In this document: in pieces, positions 37,229-49,949 of the stretch
How positions within the stretch are numbered: position 1 is the stretch's first letter
How the letters are laid out: the number at the start of each line of letters is the position of its first letter
Notes under the pieces: generated by a model
The model's input: only the letters and a program-made list of their open reading frames with translations
What the model was told of the DNA's origin: nothing
Databases searched by the model: none
Assembly: GCF_001194135.2 (NCBI RefSeq)
Contig: NC_068986.1
Coordinates: forward strand, 52,108,176-52,172,175
DNA length: 64,000 bases
Source: Octopus bimaculoides
Lineage: Eukaryota
Direction: 5' to 3'
Program-made: the position numbers and the translations under genes

Positions 37229-38994
37229 GATGAAACAGCGCATGACCATGCAGATAGGGCCCAGTACAAATTTCTTTCAGATCGAACAGCCTGTCCCGCT
37301 AAAAAAAACCCTGAATAAGGGTTTTTTAAGGATCTTCAACAAAACACCCATATTTCCAGAGGTGAATTATTCGAACTCCAAAGGATTTCTCTCAGCACAT
37401 GGCTATGATGCTCCCCCACTACTTCTGCTCGAGATCAGAGATGCACATATCATCGGCCACGAAGGGAATGTTCATCTGCTTAAGATAAAAAAAAGCTGAC
37501 GAGCAACTTTTTGTTATTGAGCAATCTATTAACAATGGCCCATCTTTTATACCAAAACAAAACATATACATGATAATACTTCCAATCAGTTAAGATAAAA
37601 AGCCATGAGGGCCACTGCTTGGTACTGCATCATGGCTTCTATTATCATTATTATTATTGTAGTTGTTCTTGTGATTGTCATTATTTGTTTGTTCGTTATT
37701 GGCTACAAGTTCGTAATCACCTATATCAACAAGCATCAATGTTCATTCATTTCTCTAGAAACAACTTCACAATTTCTCAGCTAATCTTCACGAACATTTA
37801 CATACTTACCAAAAATTAAATCAGACTATTGCATGACGGAACAAAATCAGGTTTTATTGATTCTTCCAGCGCAATATCCATACATTACACACACAGACAC
37901 GCGCGTGCGCACAAAATGATGCATTAGTTTGAATTCGACAATTTGCTGCCATGAAATCAATACCAGTTAACAGAGGTCATATTATATAGGCAATATTTCT
38001 ATTTGTGTGTGTTTTACGAATGCTTCATTACAAATAAGATTGTTTTCTTGCTTTAGAATTTGAAATCTAAAATTTTGCCAGAAATTAACAAAAATAAAAC
38101 ATATTTGTCGCTAAGAAATGCTATACAAAAAAGGATCTGAAGGTTTGAGTTTAGTGCCTCATATCTTTGTGAGTAATTTGCATTCCAATTTGAAAATTCA
38201 CAAATATAGTTTAGTGCCTATAAGAATTAACTCAGCTTCCACTTAACCTCCCTAATATTTTAACGATGTTGTTCAGAGAAGATTTTACAGTATAGATTAC
38301 CGTTATTTATGTTGTTTACTATTCAAATTAGTGTTTTATCAGAAAGAAAAATGACTTCCATAACTTACTCATGCTTCTCTTTAGGATCCACCACATTTGT
38401 TTTATAATTCTTTAAAAAGATAATTTACGAATTCGGTAACTGGGCAACGCCTGCTGCCATACAAAAAGGTTACAAAACGTGGGACATTTTTTGCCCTTGT
38501 TTCTTTCCTCATTTGGTCTAAAATTTCCCACCTTCAATGAGGCTCTACTATTTTTCCATTGCCATTGCTAGTGTTGTTCTTTTTGTTATTGTTCGGGTGC
38601 TGATGGTGGCGGCAGCACTGAATATGAAGCATTTCTCTTTGCATCCGTTCTAGCGACCTTCTTGCCTTCGCCAGTATGACCGTGGTTCTTTGGGGGGAAC
38701 TAGCGGAAGCAGTAGCAACTGCAATCATTGTTTTCATCCCTTGAACTTGCTTACTGTTGTTCTTCTTGTTGCTGGCTCTGGTTTTATCATTTTATCCTTT
38801 TTTCATTCTTCTTCTTCTATCTATGATGAAGGTCCTCAAATAAATTTTACTATCAGGCGTGTTAGAACAGGTTTTCAGTCCTGTACCACTTGTCTCACTG
38901 TCCTCCTCTCCATTTCTATTATAAATTCGAAATAGTCTTCTGGTCCTCTGTGATGATGAATACCTGATATTCTTGTAATTTGTATATTACTGCA

Positions 38995-39455
38995 GGTCAC
39001 ACTCAGCACTCACTAACCGCTCATTCAGTCTTGGGTGCATGGTTAAAAACCTGGCCATACAATCAAATGATTGCAGATTCACTCCTGCTGTGCAGCACCT
39101 TAGGCGAGTCTCTTCTACATTAATTCTGGGCCGACCAATGACTTGTAAGTGAATTTGATAGACAAAAACTGTCTGAAAGCCTGTCATACCTATATATATG
39201 TGTGTGTGTGCGTATTTAGCATGTGGGTATTTGTATATCTGTGTGTGTGTATGTGTGTGTGTTGTTTATATCTATGTGTGTATGTATATGTGTGTTTGTG
39301 CTTGTATTTGTCACCCACATCTTTACAACTGGTATTATTTTGTCCCCGAAACTTAGCGATTTCGCAAAGAGGACCGGTAGAATTTAGAAAATATACTGGG
39401 GTACAATTTTTTAGACTAAACCCTTCTAGGTGGTGCCCAGTATAGCTGCGGTCAT
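38995..39455 (+). mobile_element. Decayed family C SINE
   Basis: GTCTCTTCTACATTAATTCTGGGCCGACCAATGACTTGTAAGTGAATTTGATAGACAAAAACTG...GGTGGTGCCCAGTATAGCTGC. Confidence 0.75.
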
Positions 39456-39804
39456 ATAAACAATTTGTAATTTACTTTTTTAAAAAAACCCTCCTTGTTT
39501 GAGCAAATTCCTTCTTAGATGGGAATAAAAACAATGACAAGTAGAGGTGTATAGGCTATCACCTTAAATGATACCATAATATATTTTGAATTATCCATGT
39601 GGGTGCCCTCCAGCTTTTTAGTTCCGTTTCTCAATTTTCCGTGCTCACTCGTATGAGTTCAGTGATGTTATGTGCAAATTTAGTAGCTTGAATGTCGTTT
39701 TTGGAGTCAAACACTACTCTACGTTCTTGTTGTTGTGGTCGTTGTTGTTATTATTTTTATTACTATTATTGTTGTTGTTGTAGTCATCATTATTNNNNNN
39801 NNNN

Positions 39805-39853
<49 letters not shown>

Positions 39854-41894
39854 CAAATGATTGAACGATTGATTTATTAAGCGATTGATTGATAGATAGA
39901 TTGATTGATTGGTTCAAGTTTCCGTTTGAAAGTATACATTATGAATGTTATGAAATGAATCTATTTTCCCATGTGCGATCTGTACATCTGAAGTGAAGCA
40001 CAACTAATTCTGTAAGGGCGTTGACATTGCTGTCAATAAGAAACAAAATTTAAACCATATCAGAAATAAAAGAAGCAGAATTAAAAGGGAGATTTGAAAT
40101 CAGTGCTATTAGAAGTAGATTTGAGATCAGCGCTATTGACTTGTGATATTATGAGGTAATTATCAGAATATTCGAACACAAAAATGAAGGAAGCGAAATT
40201 CCTAAATGTTTTTTTTAAAACAAGCCTGATGGATTATGTTCCAGCAAAAATATAATCTGAATTTCAGCATATAGCATCACCACTATAGCGAACTTAATAT
40301 TTCCAGTGATATTTCTAACAAAATCTTTGTTGGTAGTAGCTACATGGGTAGTTAAGAGAAAATTATGTGCTTATCTTTGCCTTTGGCCTGCAACCCCTTG
40401 AAAGGGTTTTAGGAATGCACTTGTGAATCCTGTGTTTTACCAGTCAGTAAATTTACTCCCTCGCTTTTATGGTATTTCCCTTAATTTATCGGTAGGTTTC
40501 CACTTCAGAAATACTAAATTTCAATTTTGATGTAATTTCTAAACATTCTCCAGAGCCTCCATTTCCCTTTCGGTTTTGCTGTCTAGATTTAGGAGAGATA
40601 GTGTTTAACTCTCCTCTGCATTTAGACCTCATGTATTCCATCATTTTCCTGGACTGATCACAGCTGAATTCTTTTTGAAAAAGAGTAAGCGATAAATTTA
40701 AAATAAGAGAAAGAAAGGATCGACTCCGGTACAGGACTGTTACTATATTTCTCAAATACATCAAATACAAAACTATGAAAGGCAATGTAGACTTCTGCTT
40801 TATTCGACAACGGAGCCTTAAATAGCCGGAAAGATTACAATTACCGCAAATCAATCTTCTCGACGCTCTAACTACTCTGCCAGTCAGCTAAGATAAAATC
40901 ATATGCTCACAACAATAGGTAAAATTATTGACAGCATTCTGTCAATGATATGAAAAATATGAAGAATATCAAGATCTATATTATGTGAGTGATATATGCA
41001 TGACACTAAAGTAACGACAAGACGTTCATATAATTGCGTGGCTAATAATTTCACTTGGCAAATGATAATCTAGACTTGTTTTCACTGCATAGCGCCTTGA
41101 GCAGGGCTTTTCTACTGTACTTTCAAGGTGGTTAAAGCTTTATGAGTACAATATGATTGGCAGAAACAGTATATATATATATATATATATATATATTTCA
41201 AGGTTTTTAACTTTTAAATTTGTATATTTAAAAGAGATAGAAACTTCAAACTCGATATATATATANNNNNNNNNNNNNNNNNNNNNNNNNNNNNNNNNNN
41301 NNNNNNNNNNNNNNNNNNNNNNNNNNNNNNNNNNNNNNNNNNNNNNNNNNNNNNNNNNNNNNNNNNNNNNNNNNNNNNNNNNNNNNNNNNNNNNNNNNNN
41401 NNNNNNNNNNNNNNNNNNNNNNNNNNNNNNNNNNNNNNNNNNNNNNNNNNNNNNNNNNNNNNNNNNNNNNNNNNNNNNNNNNNNNNNNNNNNNNNNNNNN
41501 NNNNNNNNNNNNNNNNNNNNNNNNNNNNNNNNNNNNNNNNNNNNNNNNNNNNNNNNNNNNNNNNNNNNNNNNNNNNNNNNNNNNNNNNNNNNNNNNNNNN
41601 NNNNNNNNNNNNNNNNNNNNNNNNNNNNNNNNNNNNNNNNNNNNNNNNNNNNNNNNNNNNNNNNNNNNNNNNNNNNNNNNNNNNNNNNNNNNNNNNNNNN
41701 NNNNNNNNNNNNNNNNNNNNNNNNATATATAAGACATAAGGAGCAAAATCCTTTAAAGAGATGTTAAACTTCCAAGTCCACCGATTCAATCCCAGCAAAG
41801 AATATATAAAAATATATATTCAGTACTGGTATAATCAATAAATAAAGGATAAAGAAATTAAAAAATAGAAGTGTAGACGATCTTTTACTAAAAG

Positions 41895-44684
41895 TTGGTA
41901 CAAATCCAATAAAGATTCTACAAGTTGTTTTCAAGCCGAATTAAAATCAAAACAGAGCGAAAAAAATAAAATCCTTTTGAAATCAAATTAGGCTTTTCTT
42001 CAGGAATACATTATTGCAATACATCAGTTCGACCTAGAAAAATATAAAACCGTTAATAGCTCATAAAATAACAAACAATTAAATTATGATAGAAGGAAAT
42101 TACCCAAACGCTAGACCAATCAAATGCAGAAAAACAAAGTACATAAATCCACTTCAGCCTTGATTAAAATAACAATTCACAATATATAAATATTTGATAA
42201 CAACATTTGCCATAACCGTCTAAACTACACATAAAGTTAATGAGGCAAATAATCTATTTACTACCAAGAATTATTAAGTTAGCTAATTAAAAACCAATAT
42301 ATCATCCACTAAAAAGTAATTAATACCATATTTCGAAGTTAATAATATGATGATTTCAAACGAAGATAAAAAGAAATTCACTTATTTATAAATGGCTACC
42401 TTCCAGTAAAGCAGAGTAGTTTCCCTTCGGTACAAATAAACAAATAAATAAACCAAAATGAGTTATAAATAATTGCATGAAAAAATTCCTTCTGTTTCAC
42501 AATATCAGATAAGCCTAAATTAAACGTCTAAAAATTAAAAATTTAAATTTAAATTTAAATTTTTTTTAAATTAAACTAAAAACTTAGATTTCATTACGTT
42601 ACAAAGAGAAGAATAAATTTTCTATAATCTAACGGAGAAATATTTAATAAACACATACTATTATAACATAGCACTAAAGAAGGCAATATATAAATATGAA
42701 ATTAAGAACAATACGAACTACAACACTGCTAAAAAATCATATTAAATATAATTACATAAATAATAATGTTAAGACTAGTGACTTAAATGCTTATAAAGAA
42801 ACAGTATACCTTCATAACCAAATAATAAAAATTCCCAACACTCATCATAAATATAACAATCGTGTTTAACAGGTCAATTATAATAATATAAAAATTAAAC
42901 TTAAGCATGATGAAAATTATAACATAAATAAAATTCATAGTAAGAACAAAAATCATAAAAATTATTATCACCATTCTAAGCACAGTAATGTAAATAACCC
43001 TAAAATGCTCATAGCGTAAACTGGAACTATATAATTAAAAGATAATAATAGGAACATTAAGATAGCAAAAAATAAAAACATGAATAGCTAGAATAAGACG
43101 AGTAACAATAATGATAAGAATAACCATAATAATAAAATTAATAATGATAATAAAAACATAGTCAAAAAGAAACCAATACAAATCAATGCTCAACCAAGGT
43201 AGAGCCTGATAAAACTGTATGGGTAATAATTCCCTTCGCTAAACGTTTAAAGACGAACTTTATAAGAACTATTAGAAAGATTATGAATAAAAACTTTAAA
43301 AACAGTAGATGCGCAAAAATATTTAATAATAGACATATCAGATTCGGATTTTCAGTTAATCCCAACCTTTCCAGCATAATATCTTCATTTAATGATAAGA
43401 AACTAGATAAATTCTAAGAAAATAAAACACAAACTGAACATAGAACGTGCAAAAATTAAAACCCAGAACATAACGCTATATAAATACTCTTGATAGCTAC
43501 AACCCGTATAAATCAACAAAATCTAGAAATGACACCACATTTCCTACACATAAAAAGTATAATTTTAGAGACCCAAACTTGTAAGTTAGACAAAAATTGT
43601 AAAAGAAAAAAGGTAGTATACCAAGCAACAATTATAACAAATGATTCCTCAAAATGTCATTATATCTGATCAAATCAAGAATGTTGAACCACGAATTTAC
43701 CTTTAGGGACCAGAGAAAATTAAACAGTATTGGACTCCCCCAAAAAATTTGGCAACACAAAAAAAAGAAAAAAAACATTATTGATTTAATAATTTAATGG
43801 AAAATCCTATCATTTGCACCTTCTTACAGAATCAACAACAAAATCTGTAGATTATGCCTTGAAGAAAACTATAAAATAATAAAGTTCTTAAATACCAGTA
43901 ATCAAAAAAAAAAAAAAATGACATCGAAGTTAACAGATTCATGTTCATTTACTATGGTGATAGATAAGCCGAAACTAAATTTTAAAAAACAGTGAAACTT
44001 CTTTCTATATAGATCCAATTTCCTACTAGAAATATTCTTAACGGTGAACAAAGAGTCACCTTGGTATAAACACCAAGCAAGCTCCGAAAACTCACTCCCT
44101 AACTTAAACAGAATGTAAATACCTACTATAACCGTAATCTGAGCGGAATACGCGGCTCCCATAGGAATATCAAAACCGTCATAACTAGCCTTTCTAACTC
44201 AAAACTTATTCTCAAATTCAATGACGGATCTTCTAGCAGGTAAAATTATATTAGTTTCATCTAAACTCAAGTCAGAATTCTTCTTAGCAAATATTAGGGC
44301 CTTTTATAAAACTACTTGATTAATCGAAGAATAATAACTGTTAATATCTATCCGAACAAACCTATACCTACATTTATACTCAATTTTTATAAATCAATCA
44401 AAAACCTCAATATATTGTGAATTGTTATTTTAGTCAACGCTGAGGTGGATGTTTGTATATATATTTTTTCTGGTTGTGATTGGACTTGCGTTCGGGTAAT
44501 TTCCTTCTATCATAATTTAATTGGTTGTTCCTTTCTAGGCTATTAAAGGTCTTTATATTTTTCTTGCTCGAACCCATTCATTCCAATAATGAATTCCTCA
44601 AGAAAAGCCTAATTTCTTTAGTTTTGTTTTGGATTTAATTAGGCTTGAAAACAACTTGTAGAATCTTTATTGGATTTGTATCAA
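41895..44684 (+). mobile_element. Decayed Penelope-like element (PLE-2) bracketed by ~290-bp inverted repeats
   Basis: RRINFL*SNGEIFNK...LKKA (thumb region), KTVWVIIPFAKRLKTNF...FNNRHIRFGFSVNPNLSSIISSFNDKKL, VVYQATI...HYI (GIY-YIG) and WKILSFAPSYRINNKICRLCLEE. Arms 41895-42187 and 44410-44684 are about 80% identical. Confidence 0.85.
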
Positions 44685-45596
44685 TATACACGTGTCAGAA
44701 ACAGCAAACAATGAGATAAAAATCACATAGAAATACGTCTCTGTGTCAAGGATGATATTAATACCATCGAGTAAAAATCGTTAAATACGGAGTTCAAGCG
44801 TGACCGCAGTCCATTTACCGAAACCATTCATAGAATAATTACAGAAAAAAAGAAAATGAATAAATGAATGAGGTCAGAAGAATTTTGAAGCTTAAATGGT
44901 GTTCTTTAATTTTAATTTTTTTTTCTTTTGAAATGAAAAAAGCTTTTCAAGGACGTTCAATGCAAAATTACAGACTAAGCTTTCAATAAACACAAAGAAC
45001 AATTACGTAACATATAATGAAGTATTAACAAAGAATAAAATTTTAATCATTCGCCAGATGAGCACATGTATAATTTCTTTTCGGCATGAAAGAGCTAACG
45101 ATCTGTTACATCGGCTTTATAGTGCGCACAGTATGAAGGAATAAAACAGGCTTCCAATATTGATGTACCGGAAATCGATGCATAGAGAAAAAGATGAAAA
45201 TCTGAAATGCATTTTAGTTTTAGCCATTGTTGTTGCCGCTTAGTCTCAGGTTAGCTCTGACTGATCGAACCTCCATTTGTGGTCACCCCTCCTTTTTATA
45301 CATAGTTCATATCACACAACGCCATCGAACGTATTGTCTGTGTTTTATGACAAAAAGGATACGTAGAGTTTAATTTGGGGGCGGGAGTTGTTATTTGTAG
45401 TCGATCGAACGATCGTTTAAGAGTCTCCCGTTACCGAGAAACAGACCTCGAGGTTTTGCCAATTTGGTCCTTGATATTTTCGTAATTTCCTTTTATAGTA
45501 CAAGATATCTTAAACTTCAAACTAATATCCAAGAATACACGTTAACTTTTCTCGATATCACATAAATTATGTCATTAACTAATGAGATATTGATTT

Positions 45597-45782
45597 CAAA
45601 TCTTGGCGCAAGGCCAGCAGTTTCTGGGGAGTGATAAACTGGGACATATTTTATCGACCCTGAAAGAATGAAAGGCAAAGTCAACCTTGGTGGAATTTAG
45701 AGTCAGAACGTAATCAGGGACGAAATATCGCTAAGCATTTTGCACGGCCTACTGATGCCTCAGTCAGTCCACCGCCTTTTCA
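45597..45782 (-). mobile_element. Decayed family A SINE
   Basis: TTTATCGACCCTGAAAGAATGAAAGGCAAAGTCAACCTTGGTGGAATTT and a GCCGCCTT head on the plus-strand reading. Confidence 0.8.
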
Positions 45783-46360
45783 ACTAATGAGATATTGATG
45801 TTGAAACTATTGAAGAAAAACAGCTGAAATATTCATGCTTGTTTTTTGTTATCACAATCGATGGACGTCCTTTCTTTCGTATTTGGAATGTCGATAATAA
45901 AAGCGTGAAAACACCAAGGAAAATCAACACCGAGACCAAAATCCAATTCATCGAAAACTATCTGAAATTCGTACTGTTGTATTACAACCTCACTGCATAT
46001 ACAATTATTAAAGACAAGCCACAAAGCTTTATAGAAGAACAATGCAGTATGACATTATTGGATGGAAGCTTTCATTCAAATGTCTCCTAACCAGAAATAA
46101 AAGAGACAAAGTAATACTAGTCTACGTATCTATTACAAATTATTTTGACACTCTGAAAATTGTCTTAAATGAAGTACAGTCTATTTCTTCATATTTAATT
46201 TTTAATCAGTGGGTTGGAAAAGAGATAGTACATCTGTCAGTACAGCAGACGTTTAAGGTCCCACAGGAACTATATAGGTTGATTCTTACTGCAGATAATG
46301 TCAATGGATTATTGCATTTTTAAACGTAATCAAGCTCTGGCCGAAAGTACCTATTTTTAA

Positions 46361-46405
<45 letters not shown>

Positions 46406-46422
46406 NNNNNNNNNNCATATAC

Positions 46423-46636
46423 ACAGGGTGGTCCAAAAGCAGGTTTACAGTTATTCAACTATCTCTTTTGCATTCATATATTAACAGTTTAGATCTTAAT
46501 TATAAAACAAAATATGAAACCTATATTCTATGTGAATTTAGTTAATTGTAAGATAGAAATTTAAATGTAATAAAATGTTTTAAAGAAATTTAAAGTGCCT
46601 ACGTGATAACAGTAAACCTGCTTTTGGGCCACCGTG
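46423..46636. mobile_element. Tc1/mariner-type MITE, about 214 bp
   Basis: TIRs of about 30 bp: CAGGGTGGTCCAAAAGCAGGTTTACAGTTAT / ATAACAGTAAACCTGCTTTTGGGCCACCGTG; AT-rich interior. Confidence 0.8.
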
Positions 46637-46729
46637 CATCTATATAGATAATAGACTCTCCCGTCGAAGACAACATATAAGCGTTCAGCTTTTACCGAAC
46701 AATGTGCACAAATAATTTGTTTATAATAA

Positions 46730-46935
46730 TGAAATGTTCGGCACGAACATTAGCTCACTCTCACCATCAAATCGACTTTGCCTGAATAGGTTCAAGGTTT
46801 GCCATGCGTCAAGTGTCGATGGGATCGCAGAGCAATGTGAGATGAAGTGTTTTTCTCAAGAACACAACGCGCTATCCGATCTAGGAATTGAAATCACGAT
46901 CGCTAGAGCAACACCCTAACCACTAAGCCATACTC
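46730..46935 (-). mobile_element. tRNA-derived SINE (GTTCTTGAG(C/A)AAACACTT-type body)
   Basis: The minus strand reads GGGAGTATGGCTTAGTGGTTAGGGTG...GATTTCAATTCC...GTGTTCTTGAGAAAACACTTCATCTCACATTGCTCTG. Confidence 0.7.
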
Positions 46936-47099
46936 CCGCAATATAAATACACACACGCACACTAGCAATGCACTCCGGGGTTGCCCGGGTGCTGTGACCT
47001 ACAACCACATTGTATTATTTCTTAGTTTCTAGTGGGCGGAATCGGTACACGAGAAGTATGAAGCAAACAACTCTTCGTTATAAACATGTTTTCGATCAT

Positions 47100-47270
47100 T
47101 TTATGATGGACAACTCTGCAGTTTCCGTCTACCAAATTCAGTCAAAAGACTGTGATTGACCTAGAGCTATAGTAAAATACACTTGCCCAAGGTACCAGGC
47201 AGAGTGACTGAACATGGAACCATGTGAATGGGAAGCAAGCTTCTCAATCACACAGGCATTCTGGCACCTA
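47100..47270 (-). mobile_element. Family C SINE, 5' half
   Basis: CAGTTTCCGTCTACCAAATTCA...ACACTTGCCCAAGGTACC...ACCATGTG on the plus-strand reading. Confidence 0.75.
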
Positions 47271-47721
47271 ATACGTGTGTGTGTTTACATTTGTTGTTAA
47301 ATCGAGTATTGTGCTCCACTATGTCAAAGTTAGCAGTTCATCAAGCAGAGATCTATAAAATTAATGTCAGATTGAAATACGTATCGAGGTGAGTATGATC
47401 AATTAAATTTTTGAAGGAGCTACACCATCATGGTAACAGTCGAAAGACTAAACCCAATAAAATAATGTTTAAAGACTTACTGGCTTCAAATTTAAGGTAC
47501 ATATGAACACACACACACACACACACATACACACACACAAGCACAAACACACACACACACACAAATCCTGTTTTATATAATAAGATATATATATGTGTAT
47601 ATATATGTATGAATATGTATATATATATGTATGTGTATGTGTATGTATGGATATTTGCATGTATGCATGTAAGTGTGTGTGTTTATCTTAGTGTGTGTGC
47701 GTGCGTGTGTTTCTGAAGGTA

Positions 47722-47990
47722 CGTGGCCGTCTGAATAGGGTGTTGCACTGACAATCGCGAAATCGTGGGTTTGATTCACGAACCAAGAAGTGTGTTTTGT
47801 TCTTGAGCAAAACACTTCATTTTATGTTACTCTACTCCACTCATCTGCAAATGGGTAACCTTTCGACGAAACTAGTCTTCTGGTCAGAAGGAAATTGGCC
47901 TGCTCGCCTAGCCACTGAGGTGGCATCATTCGACGGCTAAAACGATGCAAAGTGCATTGCGATCAGCGATGCATAACAACAAACGATAGT
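47722..47990 (+). mobile_element. tRNA-derived SINE, decayed
   Basis: GTGGGTTTGATTCAC (B box-like) followed by GTTCTTGAGCAAAACACTTCATTTTATGTTACTC. Confidence 0.7.
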
Positions 47991-48011
47991 CTCACCGATC
48001 ACGTGATCACA

Positions 48012-48073
<62 letters not shown>

Positions 48074-48302
48074 GCACACATAATTATTTTGCTCAGCCAC
48101 GGTGATACTAATAAACAGATATTAGAACACTATATACGTTTGCTTTAGAGTAAAGTGTCAGGCGATTAATACCACTTAATGAATAAAAGAACAGGAATTA
48201 TATAATTCACGATTACGATGAATCACCTTTATCACAATAAATGTGTTTATGTAACTATTCTTCGGCATTATTGATATACATACATACATACATACTTACG
48301 GA

Positions 48303-48660
48303 CTGTGTAACATACTGCCTAAATACCAATCTTGAGAAATTAGGCTTCTCAAAACCAGAAAGGAGAAAGCTAATTCGGAGACTAAAGATCCAATCAACTA
48401 CTGGAAATGTAAAAATCTGTAAAACTTTCCAGAAGTTTATCATTTAAATATATATGAGCATGTCTGGATAAGCAACTATATGCATGAGAATACATACAGA
48501 AAACAAAACATACAAATCTGCATATATACATACATACATACATACAAAAATAACCTGTTGTTGATGTTGAAATTCCAATGAAGAAGCCTTGGATCTAGGT
48601 TAGAAACCGGTTCTTTCTCTATTGGAAAGAAATCTTGAAATAAAACTGAACAATGACATA
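48303..48660 (+). mobile_element. RLE LINE family E 3' fragment (second copy), in a (TACA)n tract
   Basis: VTYCLNTNLEKLGFSKPERRKLIRRLKIQSTTGNVKICKTFQKFII* with the same 3'UTR as 23541-23980. Confidence 0.8.
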
Positions 48661-49419
48661 TATGCATGTATGAGTGTGTATACATATACATATTTATCGA
48701 TATATGCATACATACATGTAAGCATATATGTATGACTATATCGATGTATTCATATACTTGGTCAATTCAAACGGGAACGGTAAAATCGATTCAACTTAAA
48801 GCATTTTCGTACGTATTTGCGGAGGATGTTTAATTTTCGACGTTTGCCATTACGTCGTTTATATTTAGTTAAAACAGCTTTTGTGAATATCACCGTGTCT
48901 AGATGAGACTACTATGCCATCCACTTCACACAGAACACCGAAACTATAGGTAATTTTAAACCTGCTCTGAAGCTTTGGCGAGAGAGGTATCTTTACTAGT
49001 GCCTTTAATTCTATAAATACGGTAATTTGTTTAGACATATCTGATGGAGTCATGTCGACAGTAAAGTAAAGTATGACTTGAAAACAATGTTTATAGGTAA
49101 GGTCAAAGTTTTGAATTTCTAAAGCTTTTATAGAAAAGTACTAAAGAAATCAACGTCAACCGATGATACTGAAGTTTATAACATCGGTAGCTAGTGCTGT
49201 TGGAATAACAATTAGATACTTTATGGAATAAGGATTTCAACGTGTTAACGTTGACTTGACCTGTAACATACTCATATATACGCAAATGGGAAGCATACTC
49301 GCACACGCTCACACACACACACACACACACACACACNNNNNNNNNNATATATATATATATATATATATATATCTACACACACACATATATATTTACTTAT
49401 GTTTATACACAATCACGTG

Positions 49420-49840
49420 ATTTTGTTTTAGTTCGTCTACAAAAAGGAAATGTGTTCGATTCACTAAACTGATGCATTGGAAGTGTGTATATATTCTAAC
49501 TTGCTAGAGATAAACAGTGATAAAACCTCAAAGTGCTCTTTCATGTGTCGGTTCTTTGGCAGACTTTACACATCAGTGAGTATACGTTCTGCCGAAACGC
49601 CAGTGGCATTATGTAGTCTTGATTTGTATCATATAAATTAATACTCAAAATACACACGCTCATATGTGGGCGATATATGGGTGTGACATCTTTGAATGTA
49701 ACATATGATACTCTATCTCAAAAAGAATTATCTCCTGTGATTATCTTCAGTCTATTTACTATTACCTTAGTTTACCTTTTGGTGGACATCGCCGCGAAAT
49801 AAATCATGTGTTTATGATTCGTGTCAAGAATTGTCTTTTT
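49420..49840 (+). repeat. Unclassified ~400-bp repeat, copy 1 (direct repeat of 59405-59810)
   Basis: Shared blocks GTGTTCGATT, AAGTGTGTATATATTC, GAGATAAACAGTGATAAAA, ATCTTTGAAT.TAACATATGATAC and TCTCAAAAAGAATTATC; about 75% identity. Confidence 0.8.
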
Positions 49841-49949
49841 AATTGCGGGCATCTCATGATTATACGTCCAGCTCTCTCTCTCTCTCTCTCTGTGTCTCTC
49901 TTTCTCTGTCTCTGTCTGTCTGTCTCTCTCTCTCTCTCCATATATATAT

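Noticed and set aside
40486-46323. Protein-like ORFs at 40486-40854 (minus) and 45839-46090 (plus)
   Set aside because: No recognisable domain or matching splice-site pair; their length is compatible with chance.
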